A stretch of 64,000 nucleotides of DNA from an uncultured Spirochaetota bacterium (lineage in GTDB: Bacteria; Spirochaetota; Spirochaetia; SZUA-6; Fen-1364): contig CAWJSK010000012.1 of assembly GCA_963845535.1 (NCBI GenBank), forward strand, positions 576,001 to 640,000, given 5' to 3'. Shown here piece by piece: positions 21,134-29,938 of this stretch. The notes below the pieces were generated by a model. The model did not search any database. It was not told the DNA's origin and saw only the letters and a list, made by a program, of their open reading frames with translations. Position 1 is the stretch's first letter, and every line of letters starts with the position of its first letter. A program made the translations under genes and the position numbers.

Positions 21134-21784
21134 ATGAGCAACCAGGATGTGCTTGCAGCGGTCCAGAAGTACAGCGTGGTCCCCGTCATCGCAATCGATG
21201 ATGCAGGGTCCGCCCTCGCGCTTGCCGACGCTCTGATCGAAGGCGGTCTGCCCGTGGCGGAGATAACGTTCCGCACGGCCGCGGCGGCGGAGGTAATATC
21301 GAAGATTGCCCGCGAAAGGCCTGAGGTAATCCTTGGGGCGGGAACCGTGCTCACCGCGGAGAACGTGCGCCGCGCCAAGGACGCCGGGGCGCGCTTCGGC
21401 GTGGCCCCCGGGGTCAACCCTGACGTGGTGGCGGAGGCCGGCCGCCTGGGCTTGCCGTTCGTGCCGGGAGTGGTGACGCCTTCCGAGGTCGAGCAAGCCC
21501 TCTCCCTGGGCGCGAAGATGTTGAAGTTCTTTCCCGCCGAGGCATTTGGCGGGCTCAAGGTGATCAAGGCGCTGGCTGCTCCCTACGTCCACACGGGCGT
21601 GAAGTTCATGCCCACGGGCGGCGTCACCACCGCCAACCTCGCCGACTACCTCGGCGCGGACATCATTGCCTGCGTGGGTGGAACGTGGATTGCCTCTCGC
21701 GAAGCCATCGCGGAGAAGAAGTGGGCACAGATTCGGGACAACTGCAAGGCAGCCGTAGAGCTGGCCAGGAAGGTCCGCGGCTGA
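21134..21784 (+). CDS. eda: KDPG/KHG aldolase
   Basis: AEITFRT, GAGTV, KFFPAE, FMPTGGV. Confidence 0.93.
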   Translation: MSNQDVLAAVQKYSVVPVIAIDDAGSALALADALIEGGLPVAEITFRTAAAAEVISKIARERPEVILGAGTVLTAENVRRAKDAGARFGVAPGVNPDVVAEAGRLGLPFVPGVVTPSEVEQALSLGAKMLKFFPAEAFGGLKVIKALAAPYVHTGVKFMPTGGVTTANLADYLGADIIACVGGTWIASREAIAEKKWAQIRDNCKAAVELARKVRG

Positions 21785-21829
21785 CTGCGGAAATCTCCAA
21801 TTCCTGAGGCTCCCCTCAGCGGCTGACCC

Positions 21830-21895
21830 GCACACCTATGAAAAACGCGGTTTTTGCAAGTTTCTGGACACTATCGACGTTTTTTATAGGTGCGC
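21830..21895. repeat. 18-bp imperfect inverted repeat (16/18 match)
   Basis: GCACACCTATGAAAAACG ... CGTTTTTTATAGGTGCGC. Confidence 0.55.
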
Positions 21896-21952
21896 GCCTG
21901 TTCAATCACGGACCGAGCCCGTCGAATTGAGAAAGAGTCCCCTTCATTGGTA

Positions 21953-21982
21953 TTGACATGCTGATTTGTTGTGGTATACAAT
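21953..21982 (+). promoter_or_regulatory. sigma70 promoter of marR-hgcA-hgcB
   Basis: TTGACA-N18-TACAAT, then AAGGAGG RBS before GTG at 22014. Confidence 0.55.
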
Positions 21983-22013
21983 TGTTTCACTCTACACCAA
22001 TAAGGAGGCGGGC

Positions 22014-22475
22014 GTGGACCAGCGCGCCATCAGGGCATTCCGCAGGGACCTTCGCGTCCTGGAACGGGAAGTCGAGCTCACCCTCTCTTCGCAGACAAGC
22101 TGCTGCGGAGTCACGGTGGCTCAGTGCCACCTCCTCCTTGAAGTGGAGCTCCGCGGACAGACGAGCGTCACCGAGCTTGCCCTGGCCCTGGAGCTGGACA
22201 AAAGCACGCTGAGCCGCGCCGTGGATGCGTTGTGCCGCTCCGGTCTCCTGGACCGGGTGGCGGACCCCGAAAGCCGGCGCCAGCAGGTCATCAGCCTCAC
22301 CGCGCAGGGAAAAGCCAAGGCTGCGGCAATCAACGTGCTGTGTGATCGGTTTTACGAGCGCCTGCTCGACTCCGTCCCGGCGGGCAAACGCGACGCGGCC
22401 ATGGAGTCGGTCTCTCTTCTCGGCGAGGCAATGAGAAAAGTGCGACAAGAAGGAGGAAACCCGTGCATTCAGTGA
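22014..22475 (+). CDS. MarR-family regulator with CC-x6-C motif
   Basis: SCCGVTVAQCHLL, wHTH LDKSTLSRAVD...D-x-R...LTAQG. Overlaps the hgcA start by 13 bp. Confidence 0.88.
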   Translation: MDQRAIRAFRRDLRVLEREVELTLSSQTSCCGVTVAQCHLLLEVELRGQTSVTELALALELDKSTLSRAVDALCRSGLLDRVADPESRRQQVISLTAQGKAKAAAINVLCDRFYERLLDSVPAGKRDAAMESVSLLGEAMRKVRQEGGNPCIQ

Positions 22476-23461
22476 ACGTTAACGGAAGGGAAGTCCCCGT
22501 GGTTTCCCCTCGGCTCTCCTTGAGCGACCGAGTGGGGGGATGGAAAATGCGCTGGAACCTCGGGCGGGACCGCTACACGGTCGCGCCCGGCCTTTATGCA
22601 GTTGGGGCGCCGAGCCTCGAGTCTCCCGTGCTCGTGACGGCAAACTACAAGCTGACCTTCGACAAGGTGCGCGCCGAATGCCAGGGACTGGATGCATGGA
22701 TACTGGTGCTCGACACGCGGGGCGTCAACGTCTGGTGCGCCGCCGGCAAGGGGACTTTCAGCACGCGGGAGCTGGAGCAGCGGCTGCTCGCCGTCCGCCT
22801 GGACCAGGTCGTTTCTCACAGGACGCTGATACTGCCGCAGCTCGGGGCAACCGGCGTCTCTGGTCCGAGCGTGCTGAAAGATACCGGCTGGCGGATCATC
22901 TTCGGTCCCGTGCGCGCCAGGGACATCCGGGCTTTCCTTGCCAACGGCATGAAAAAGGACAACGGCATGAGGAAGGTCGAGTTCGGCCTGCGTGATCGTC
23001 TGGCGGTTGCCCCCGTGGAGCTGGTCCAGGCCTGGCCGTTCCTCCTCGGCACTGCCGCCGCCTCTGCGCTGCTTGCTCTTCCGTTTGGTCCTGGCTACCT
23101 TCACCGCTTGCTGGCACTGTGCGTCCCGCTGGTCGGCGCAGTGCTCGTGGGAACCGTCGGCGTGCCGGTGCTTCTCCCCGTCATTCCGTTTCGCGCTTTC
23201 TCCCTCAAGGGCGCCATCCTCGGCGCGCTCTGGGGCCTTGCCGCCTCCCTGGCGTTCAAGGCGAGCATGGCGGGCGCGTTCGCGTTCGTGCTTGCCGGTG
23301 CTTCCCTGGCGGCTTTCCTGGGGATGAACTTCACCGGCGCAACCACCTTCACGTGCCAGGCAGGAGCGGAGCTGGAGGTGCGCCGCGGCACCCTTCCGAT
23401 GATCATCTCCCTCGTGCTGGGGGCAGGGCTGCTCACCGCATCGAGATTCGTCGGCATATAG
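22463..23461 (+). CDS. hgcA: mercury methylation corrinoid protein HgcA
   Basis: Cap-helix motif NVWCAAGK, PVLVTANYKLTFD, ILPQLGA, GPVRARD, C-terminal TM helices, MNFTGATTFT; AGGAGG RBS. Confidence 0.96.
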   Translation: MHSVNVNGREVPVVSPRLSLSDRVGGWKMRWNLGRDRYTVAPGLYAVGAPSLESPVLVTANYKLTFDKVRAECQGLDAWILVLDTRGVNVWCAAGKGTFSTRELEQRLLAVRLDQVVSHRTLILPQLGATGVSGPSVLKDTGWRIIFGPVRARDIRAFLANGMKKDNGMRKVEFGLRDRLAVAPVELVQAWPFLLGTAAASALLALPFGPGYLHRLLALCVPLVGAVLVGTVGVPVLLPVIPFRAFSLKGAILGALWGLAASLAFKASMAGAFAFVLAGASLAAFLGMNFTGATTFTCQAGAELEVRRGTLPMIISLVLGAGLLTASRFVGI

Positions 23462-23488
23462 GCCACAGGCACCGGCAAGGAGATTCAC

Positions 23489-23795
23489 ATGAGAATGACG
23501 TACATCAGAAACGGGGAAACACTGGCGTTGGATCGCAACGCGTGCAATGGCTGCGGCCGATGCATCGAGGTGTGCCCGCATGAAGTCCTGGCAATGGTCG
23601 ACAGGAGAGCGCAGATAATCGACAGAGAGGCCTGCATGGAATGCGGGGCGTGCTCCAACAACTGCGAGACGGGGGCAATCAAAGTCAAGGCGGGAGTGGG
23701 CTGCGCTTCCGCGGTGATCCAAGGGAATGATCCGCGGGACCGCTCCCCAGTGCGGCTGCGGCGGTGGGACGGGCGCGGCCAGCGGCTGCTGCTGA
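23489..23795 (+). CDS. hgcB: mercury methylation ferredoxin HgcB (one extra base near 23722)
   Basis: Two CxxCxxCxxxC motifs including CMECGAC, then GVGCA. Correcting one base gives ...QGMIRGTAPQCGCGGGTGAASGCC-stop, ending in the HgcB-type vicinal CC. Confidence 0.93.
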
Positions 23796-23802
23796 TACTC
23801 CC

Positions 23803-24243
23803 TTACGCCAGCCGAACCGCCTGTCGCGCGAACTCGCGCACTTTTTCCTGGATAGCGTCCCGGACTTCTCGCACGCGGTCCATGACTTGGTCATCAGTAT
23901 CCCGTGAAAGAGGAAGGATCCGAGAATGGCCAGTGGAGCCTCTCGGTAAGAGTGACTCCGGGGAAAATGGGGCACCGGTCAGCCGCTTCCTTTCGAGCAC
24001 ACCGTGATCACGTAGTCATATCGCTGGCCGGCCTTGTAGAGCTCGAAAACGTCCTGGGTCTTTTTTCCCCGAGATGTCGATGCCTTCCTCCGCAAGGGCG
24101 CGGACAACGTACGGATTGAGCTTGCCCGGCTCCAGCCCGCGCTTTCCACATCGAACTCCAGTCCGCCGAACGTGCGCAAATACGCTTCCGCCATCTGGCT
24201 GCGTGGCGGAGTTATGAACGCAGATAAAGAGGACTTTCTTCAC
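23803..24243 (-). pseudogene. arsC: thioredoxin-type (LMWP) arsenate reductase ArsC, about five frameshifts
   Basis: Frame-stitched: VKKVLFICVHNSARSQMAEAYL...ESAGLEPG...DYVITVC...CPIFPG...LHWPFSDPS...VRDAI; GGAGG RBS. Confidence 0.85.
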
Positions 24244-24280
24244 GATCCACCTCCCGGGAGGAGAAGCTACCCCGGTTGTG

Positions 24281-25855
24281 TTAGCTTTGCGTGAAGGGGA
24301 GCGTGAAGACGAAGCGGCTGCCTTTCCCCTCCCCTTCGCTTTCGGCCCACATCCTCCCGCCGTGCAGCTCGACGAGCTTGCGGGAGAGGGACAACCCCAG
24401 CCCTGAGCCCTGCTCCTTGGCCCTGCCGCCGCGCTTGATCTGGTAGAACGCGTCGAAGATCCGATCCAGCTCGAGCGCGGGGATGCCGATCCCCGTGTCC
24501 GCAACGCTGACCTCCAGCTCTTCGCCGCGCCGTTTCATTCCAACGTCGATCCGTCCTTCCGGAGGGGTGAACTTGATGGCGTTGGAGAGCAGGTTGAACA
24601 GCACCTGTTTGAGGCGCCTTTCGTCCACGCGCAGCTCCAGGCTGGAAAGCTCCGCCGGCAGGTTCGCTTTCATGCTGATGCGTTTGCGGTCCGCGGTCTC
24701 CTTGAGCAGCGTCAGGGGATGCTCGATGAGCGAGCGCATCCCCACGAGGGAAGGCTCCAGCTCGGTCTTTCCTGACTCGATCTTGGAGACGTCGAGGATG
24801 TCGTTGATGAGCTCCAGCAGGTGATGGGAGGCCTGCAGGATCACCTCGATCTGCTCCTTCTGCTTCTCGTTCAGCGTGCCGAAATACTCGTAGCTCAGGA
24901 TCTCCGCGTACCCGATGATGGCCGTGAGCGGCGTACGCAGCTCATGGGACATGCCGGCCAGGAGGTCGGACTTGGCCCGGTTGGCCGCGTCCGCGGCCTG
25001 GATTGCAAAGGTGAGCCTGTCCTCGGCGCGCTTGCGCGCGGTGATGTCGCGGGCAACAATGGTGACGCCGGCGAACGTCCCGCTGTCGTCCTTCAACGGG
25101 GATACCTTGGCGTTATACCACGTCTGAGAGCCGCCGGCGGTGAGGCTGTAGTCGAATTGCTCCACGCGCTGTGAGGACTGCACGGCGAGGAATGCCGCGT
25201 CGAAACGCGCAGCCACGGCCGGGGGAAAGACGTCGGCGAACGTTTTCCCCCGCCACTCGGGAGACGCGGTGGCCGCCGCGGCCCCGCTGAACGGCGCCCG
25301 GGAAGCCACCAGCAGGCCGTTCCTGTCCGAGACGAGCACGGCGTCGTCCATCGACATGAGGATGGACCGAAGCCTTTCCTCGCTCCCGCGCAAGTCCGCT
25401 TCCACGCGGAGCTTCTGGCGCGCAATCTCCGCCTGACGGATGGCCCTCTCGATGACGGACGGCAGAAGGCGAAAGAACTTCTCGTAGCTCTCCTTGTTGA
25501 TGTAATCCGCGGCCCCCAGCTTCATGGCTCGGACGGCCACCTCCTCGTTTCCCGCCCCCGTGGCCATGATCACCGGGACGCCCGCCCCGCGGGTCATCAG
25601 CGTCTGCAGGATGTCCAGCCCGTTGCAGTCGGGAAGCTGGTAGTCCACGATCACCAGGTCGTGGATGGCCTCATCGAACACCTGGAGGCCTTCCCGACCC
25701 GTGGAGGCGCTGTCTACCTGGTATCCTTCCGGGCCGAGCTTGGCCTGGACAAGTCGGGCAAGGCCGGGATCATCCTCGATATAGAGGAGCCGCATGTCGG
25801 GGCGTTTGTCGGAGGACGACAGGAGACGCACGTCAGGGCGCATTCCCTCTGTCAT
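24281..25855 (-). CDS. receiver-PAS-histidine kinase
   Basis: REC (IEDD, VDYQLPD), PAS/PAC, SHELRTPL H-box, NLLSNAIKF, DTGIG, GSGLGL. Confidence 0.92.
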   Translation of the reverse strand: MTEGMRPDVRLLSSSDKRPDMRLLYIEDDPGLARLVQAKLGPEGYQVDSASTGREGLQVFDEAIHDLVIVDYQLPDCNGLDILQTLMTRGAGVPVIMATGAGNEEVAVRAMKLGAADYINKESYEKFFRLLPSVIERAIRQAEIARQKLRVEADLRGSEERLRSILMSMDDAVLVSDRNGLLVASRAPFSGAAAATASPEWRGKTFADVFPPAVAARFDAAFLAVQSSQRVEQFDYSLTAGGSQTWYNAKVSPLKDDSGTFAGVTIVARDITARKRAEDRLTFAIQAADAANRAKSDLLAGMSHELRTPLTAIIGYAEILSYEYFGTLNEKQKEQIEVILQASHHLLELINDILDVSKIESGKTELEPSLVGMRSLIEHPLTLLKETADRKRISMKANLPAELSSLELRVDERRLKQVLFNLLSNAIKFTPPEGRIDVGMKRRGEELEVSVADTGIGIPALELDRIFDAFYQIKRGGRAKEQGSGLGLSLSRKLVELHGGRMWAESEGEGKGSRFVFTLPFTQS

Positions 25856-27117
25856 CCTCCGTTGCCGAGGACGCGCCTGACGAACCGCAGGAGGTCACGC
25901 GGCTCATAGGGTTTTGCAAGGATCTCCTCCCGGCCCGGCCGGGCCACGGACTCCTGGTCTCCCCAGGCATATCCCGTGCACAGGATGACGGGCAGGGAGG
26001 GGCTGCTCGCGCGGATGCGTTCCAGGACCGAGCGGCCGCTGAGCTTTGGCATCACGTCATCCAGGATTGCAATTCGGATACGCTCCCGGTTCTGCTCGAA
26101 GAGCCGCACGGCCTCCTCGCCGTCCCGCGCCGCGAGCACCCGGTACCCCTCCTTGCCCAGCACCCGTGAGGCAAGATCCCTGACTCCCACGTCGTCCTCC
26201 GCCAGCAGGATGGTGCCGCCGTTCGAGAGCTTTGGCGTGAGGGGGTTTTCCTTTCGCGCCGGGAGCGTGATGACAAACTCGATCCCACCCTCAGAAGGCT
26301 TGCGGGTGGAAATGTCCCCGCCCAGAAGAGAGATGGCGCCGCGGGCGGCGGCCATGCCCAGCCCCATGCGGCGTCCGGTCGACGGGGAGACGTAAAACGG
26401 CTCGAACATGTGCCCGTGTTCGTCGTCAGGCACCTCGGCGTCGGGGGCGCTCAGCCGAAGCATCACGCGCTCTGCGAAAGGTGAGGCTCCAAACGCAGCG
26501 CCCGCCCGGGCGGGTTCTTGCGAGGCACGGCCTGTTTCGAGAAAAAGCCTGCCGTCTTTCCCGGTCCTCTCCGCGGCATACGTGATGAGGCTGCCGATAA
26601 GCTTCTCCAGCTGGTCCGCGGAGGCAAGGAAGCGAGGGAGACCGGCGCCGGTTACGAAACTGGCTTGAACGCCGGCGGGCTGGGAAGCCCGGGCCTGCTC
26701 CAGCGCGCGGCTCACGGACTCATTCAGATCGATCTCCGCGAGCAAAGAAGAGGCCCGGCGCCCCACGGCAAGGAGCTGCCCGATCAGCTCCGTGGCCCGC
26801 GTCAGCGCCGACATGACCTCCTGAAGGTGCGCCTTGGCCTTGGGGCCGAGGTCCTCCTCCCCGAGGGCCAGCTCGGCATATCCGCGGACCACGAGCATGA
26901 TGTTGTTGAAGTCGTGAGCCACGCCGCCGGCAAGACGTTCGACTGCCGCAAAAGGCTCAGCAGTGGCCGCTTTCGCCGCCGCTGACGCCGCTGACGCCGA
27001 AGCCACCGAGACGGCCGGACCCGTGGATGGTGTCGAAGCGGCGGAGGCGCTGGATCTGGCCATTCGGCCGCGAATGAGGGAGCCGAGATTTCGGAAAAGC
27101 GGGACGTCATGCGCCAT
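25852..27117 (-). CDS. hybrid histidine kinase-receiver with degenerate ATPase domain
   Basis: LAGGVAHDFNN H-box and C-terminal REC are intact; N-box and G1 box are not conserved. Confidence 0.8.
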   Translation of the reverse strand: MAHDVPLFRNLGSLIRGRMARSSASAASTPSTGPAVSVASASAASAAAKAATAEPFAAVERLAGGVAHDFNNIMLVVRGYAELALGEEDLGPKAKAHLQEVMSALTRATELIGQLLAVGRRASSLLAEIDLNESVSRALEQARASQPAGVQASFVTGAGLPRFLASADQLEKLIGSLITYAAERTGKDGRLFLETGRASQEPARAGAAFGASPFAERVMLRLSAPDAEVPDDEHGHMFEPFYVSPSTGRRMGLGMAAARGAISLLGGDISTRKPSEGGIEFVITLPARKENPLTPKLSNGGTILLAEDDVGVRDLASRVLGKEGYRVLAARDGEEAVRLFEQNRERIRIAILDDVMPKLSGRSVLERIRASSPSLPVILCTGYAWGDQESVARPGREEILAKPYEPRDLLRFVRRVLGNGG

Positions 27118-29929
27118 CGATTGTTTCCCGTACCTTTCGAGCGAGGGATTCCGGGGTGAAAGGCTTGGGGAGGAAGTGGACCTTCGGACCGCGCCGGTCG
27201 AGCCCCAAGCCTTCGTCGTCAGGATACCCTGACATGTAAAGTACCGCCGCGGAGGGACAGCGGGGGAGAATGCGATGGGCGAGCTCGCTTCCCCTCATCC
27301 CGGGCATGACGACGTCGGTGAGGAGGAGCCTGATGGAGCTCCCTTCGCGCTCGGCAACGGTTATGGCCTCCGAGGGGAGCGCCGCTTCCAGGACCGAGTA
27401 CCCCCAGCCGCGCAGGAGGATGCAGGTAAGGCTCCGCACCGCCTGCTCGTCCTCCACGAGCAGGATGGTCTCCCTGCCCCGGGGAAGCTCCGCGCCGCCG
27501 TGTTCTCCGTCTTCATGGGGAAGGGTTCCCGGGACGCGGGGGAAAGAGAGGCGAAACTCCGTCCCCGCGCCGGGCTCGCTCCACACCTCGATATGCCCCT
27601 GGTTCTGGTTCACAATCCCATATACCGTGGCAAGGCCGAGCCCCGTGCCCGCCCCCGCCTTCTTGGTCGTGAAGAAAGGCTCGAAGAGGTGGGACTTCAC
27701 CTCATCAGTCATACCCGCACCGGTGTCACGAACGGTGAGCACGACCTGCTCGACGGCGGGCGCGGGAGGGCCGGATTCGCGGCGGAGGTTTTGCGTTCGA
27801 AACGACAGGGTCCCGCCGCCGGGCATCGCGTCGCGGGCGTTGACGGTGAGGTTGAGGATCACCTGTTCGATCTGCCCGGTGTCCGCCAGGATGGGCCACA
27901 GCTCCCGGCAAAGCTCGTAGTCGAGCTGGATGTCCTCCCCGATCAAGGGCCGCAGCATGGCGTGGAGGTTCTCGATCACCGCGTTCAAGCTCACGAGGCG
28001 CGGGGAGATCACCTGCTTGCGGCTGAAGGTGAGAAGCTGGCGCGTAAGACCGGTTGCGCGCCGGGAGGCCGCGAGGATCTCCCGCACCTCTTGCGCGCGC
28101 GGATCGTCTTCACCCAGCCCCGTGAGCAGGATGTCGGCGTACCCGGTGATGGTGGTGAGGATGTTGTTGAAGTCATGCGCCACGCCGCCAGCCAGGCGGC
28201 CCACCGCCTCCATCTTCTGCGCGTGGCGAAGCCGGTCTTCCAGCTCCGTGGCCTCCGTCACGTCCCGCTTGACCGCGACAAAGCTCACGATCCGCCCGTC
28301 CTCGGTCTTCACGGGGCTGATGCTCGCCTCCTCCAGATACGTGCTGCCGTCCTTCCTCCGGTTGACGAGCTGGCCCCGCCAGACTTTTCCCGCCTTGATG
28401 ACGTTCCACATCTGGGCGTAGAAGGCCACGCTCTGGCGGCCGCTCTTCAGGATCCTCGGCGACTTCCCGATGGCCTCCTCCCGCGAATAGCCCGTCACGC
28501 GCTCGAAAGCGGGGTTGGTGTACGTGATGACCCCGTCCGCATCCGTGATGAGCACGTATTCCGCGGCCTGCTCGATTGCCGTGAAAAGCCGCGTGCGCTC
28601 CTCCTGCGCGCGGCGCCGTTCGGCGTTCTCCCGCACCATGGCCTGCGACATGCGCGCGCGTTGAAGGACAGACCCCATCTGGAGGGCGAACGCCGTGACC
28701 GCCGGCAGATCGGCCTCCGTCATGTCGGCATTCTCCAGGGCAATCAGCCCGATGACCGAAGCGTCGTCCGCAAGCGGCGCCAGGACCAGTCGAGGCACGC
28801 TGATCGCCTTCACCACGTCAGGAATGAAGTGGCGCAGCTCGGGAAGCAACACGGACTCCAGGAATCCCGGGATGTCCGTGATGAGGAGCGTCCTTCGACC
28901 ATGGATGACCTGGGCGAACTCTCCTCCCTCCTTGAAGACAAAGGGAGAGTTCGGAGAACGGAAGATCTTTGCGAGCTCCGCCGCTACCGCGGGCGGCTTC
29001 CCCAGAAAGCCCAGAGAGAGGGTGCCGTCCGCGTTCAGCATGAATACGTGGACGCGGAAATCGATCGAGGCAAGCTCGCGGGCAACCGCCGGGAAAATAT
29101 CGTCCGGCACAACGGGGCCGGCCATGGCAATCGACGCCTTGTTCAGGGCGTCCTGCATCTCCTTCTGTCGGCGGGAGGGGGTCACGTCGATGATGAAGTG
29201 AAGCGTGGCGGTCTTGCCCTCCCACGGCACCAGCGTGGTGCTGGCCTGGAGCCACCGGACGCGTCCCTCGCGATTGATGATGCGAAGCTCGTACAGGGAG
29301 GCGAATGCCGGCTCCTCCCCGTCGAGGACCTGGCGGAAATCGTTTTGCACCCTGCGCCTGTCCTCGGGGTGCACCGCGCGGTCCACCGCCATCCCGACAA
29401 GCTCTTCCTCCGTGGCGCCGAAAATCTCTCTCCCGCGCGCGTTGACGTACTTGATCCTGCCGTCCTGGATCACGACAACGGCTTCCGCGGCGTTTTCCGT
29501 GAGGGCGCGCAGCCTCTCCTCGGGGTCCGGAAGGTCCATGGGCGCAAGCTCCGGATGGTTGATCCATTCCGCGGCGCCCACGATCCCGACGACGGCGCCA
29601 TCCACGTCGCGCAGCGGCACCTTTGCCGTCCGCATGAACACGCGGATCCCGTCAGGGGTCGCGGTGGCCTCGTCGTATGCGCGCCATGGCTCGCCCGTCT
29701 CCAGGATCCTGCGCTCCTGCTCCCGAAGCCGCTCGGCGTTGTCTGCCCACGGCATGTCCTCATCGGAGAGCCCGGCCACGGCGCTGGGGCCCGGAAGTCC
29801 CGCCGCGCGCGCGAAGAACTCGTTGCATCCGAGGTAGCGCAAATCCCGGCCTTTCCAGAAAATCGACAGGGGCAGCGCGTCCATGATGCTTCGCAGGGAA
29901 ATGTCCTGCGCCCGTGCCCTGCTGATCAT
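27107..29929 (-). CDS. multi-PAS/GAF hybrid histidine kinase (CckA-like)
   Basis: Three PAS domains, GAF, AHDFNN, NLTVNARDAM, DTGAG, FFTTK...GTGLGL, REC. Confidence 0.92.
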   Translation of the reverse strand: MISRARAQDISLRSIMDALPLSIFWKGRDLRYLGCNEFFARAAGLPGPSAVAGLSDEDMPWADNAERLREQERRILETGEPWRAYDEATATPDGIRVFMRTAKVPLRDVDGAVVGIVGAAEWINHPELAPMDLPDPEERLRALTENAAEAVVVIQDGRIKYVNARGREIFGATEEELVGMAVDRAVHPEDRRRVQNDFRQVLDGEEPAFASLYELRIINREGRVRWLQASTTLVPWEGKTATLHFIIDVTPSRRQKEMQDALNKASIAMAGPVVPDDIFPAVARELASIDFRVHVFMLNADGTLSLGFLGKPPAVAAELAKIFRSPNSPFVFKEGGEFAQVIHGRRTLLITDIPGFLESVLLPELRHFIPDVVKAISVPRLVLAPLADDASVIGLIALENADMTEADLPAVTAFALQMGSVLQRARMSQAMVRENAERRRAQEERTRLFTAIEQAAEYVLITDADGVITYTNPAFERVTGYSREEAIGKSPRILKSGRQSVAFYAQMWNVIKAGKVWRGQLVNRRKDGSTYLEEASISPVKTEDGRIVSFVAVKRDVTEATELEDRLRHAQKMEAVGRLAGGVAHDFNNILTTITGYADILLTGLGEDDPRAQEVREILAASRRATGLTRQLLTFSRKQVISPRLVSLNAVIENLHAMLRPLIGEDIQLDYELCRELWPILADTGQIEQVILNLTVNARDAMPGGGTLSFRTQNLRRESGPPAPAVEQVVLTVRDTGAGMTDEVKSHLFEPFFTTKKAGAGTGLGLATVYGIVNQNQGHIEVWSEPGAGTEFRLSFPRVPGTLPHEDGEHGGAELPRGRETILLVEDEQAVRSLTCILLRGWGYSVLEAALPSEAITVAEREGSSIRLLLTDVVMPGMRGSELAHRILPRCPSAAVLYMSGYPDDEGLGLDRRGPKVHFLPKPFTPESLARKVRETIDGA

Positions 29930-29938
29930 GCGGCTGCC

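Noticed and set aside
22463..23461. Acetyl-CoA synthase corrinoid subunit (CdhE/AcsC) annotation
   Set aside because: NVWCAAGK, the TM C-terminus and adjacent hgcB identify HgcA; no Wood-Ljungdahl genes are nearby.
23489..24007. 172-aa extended ferredoxin
   Set aside because: The tail results from a frameshift and runs antisense over arsC; the natural end is 23795.
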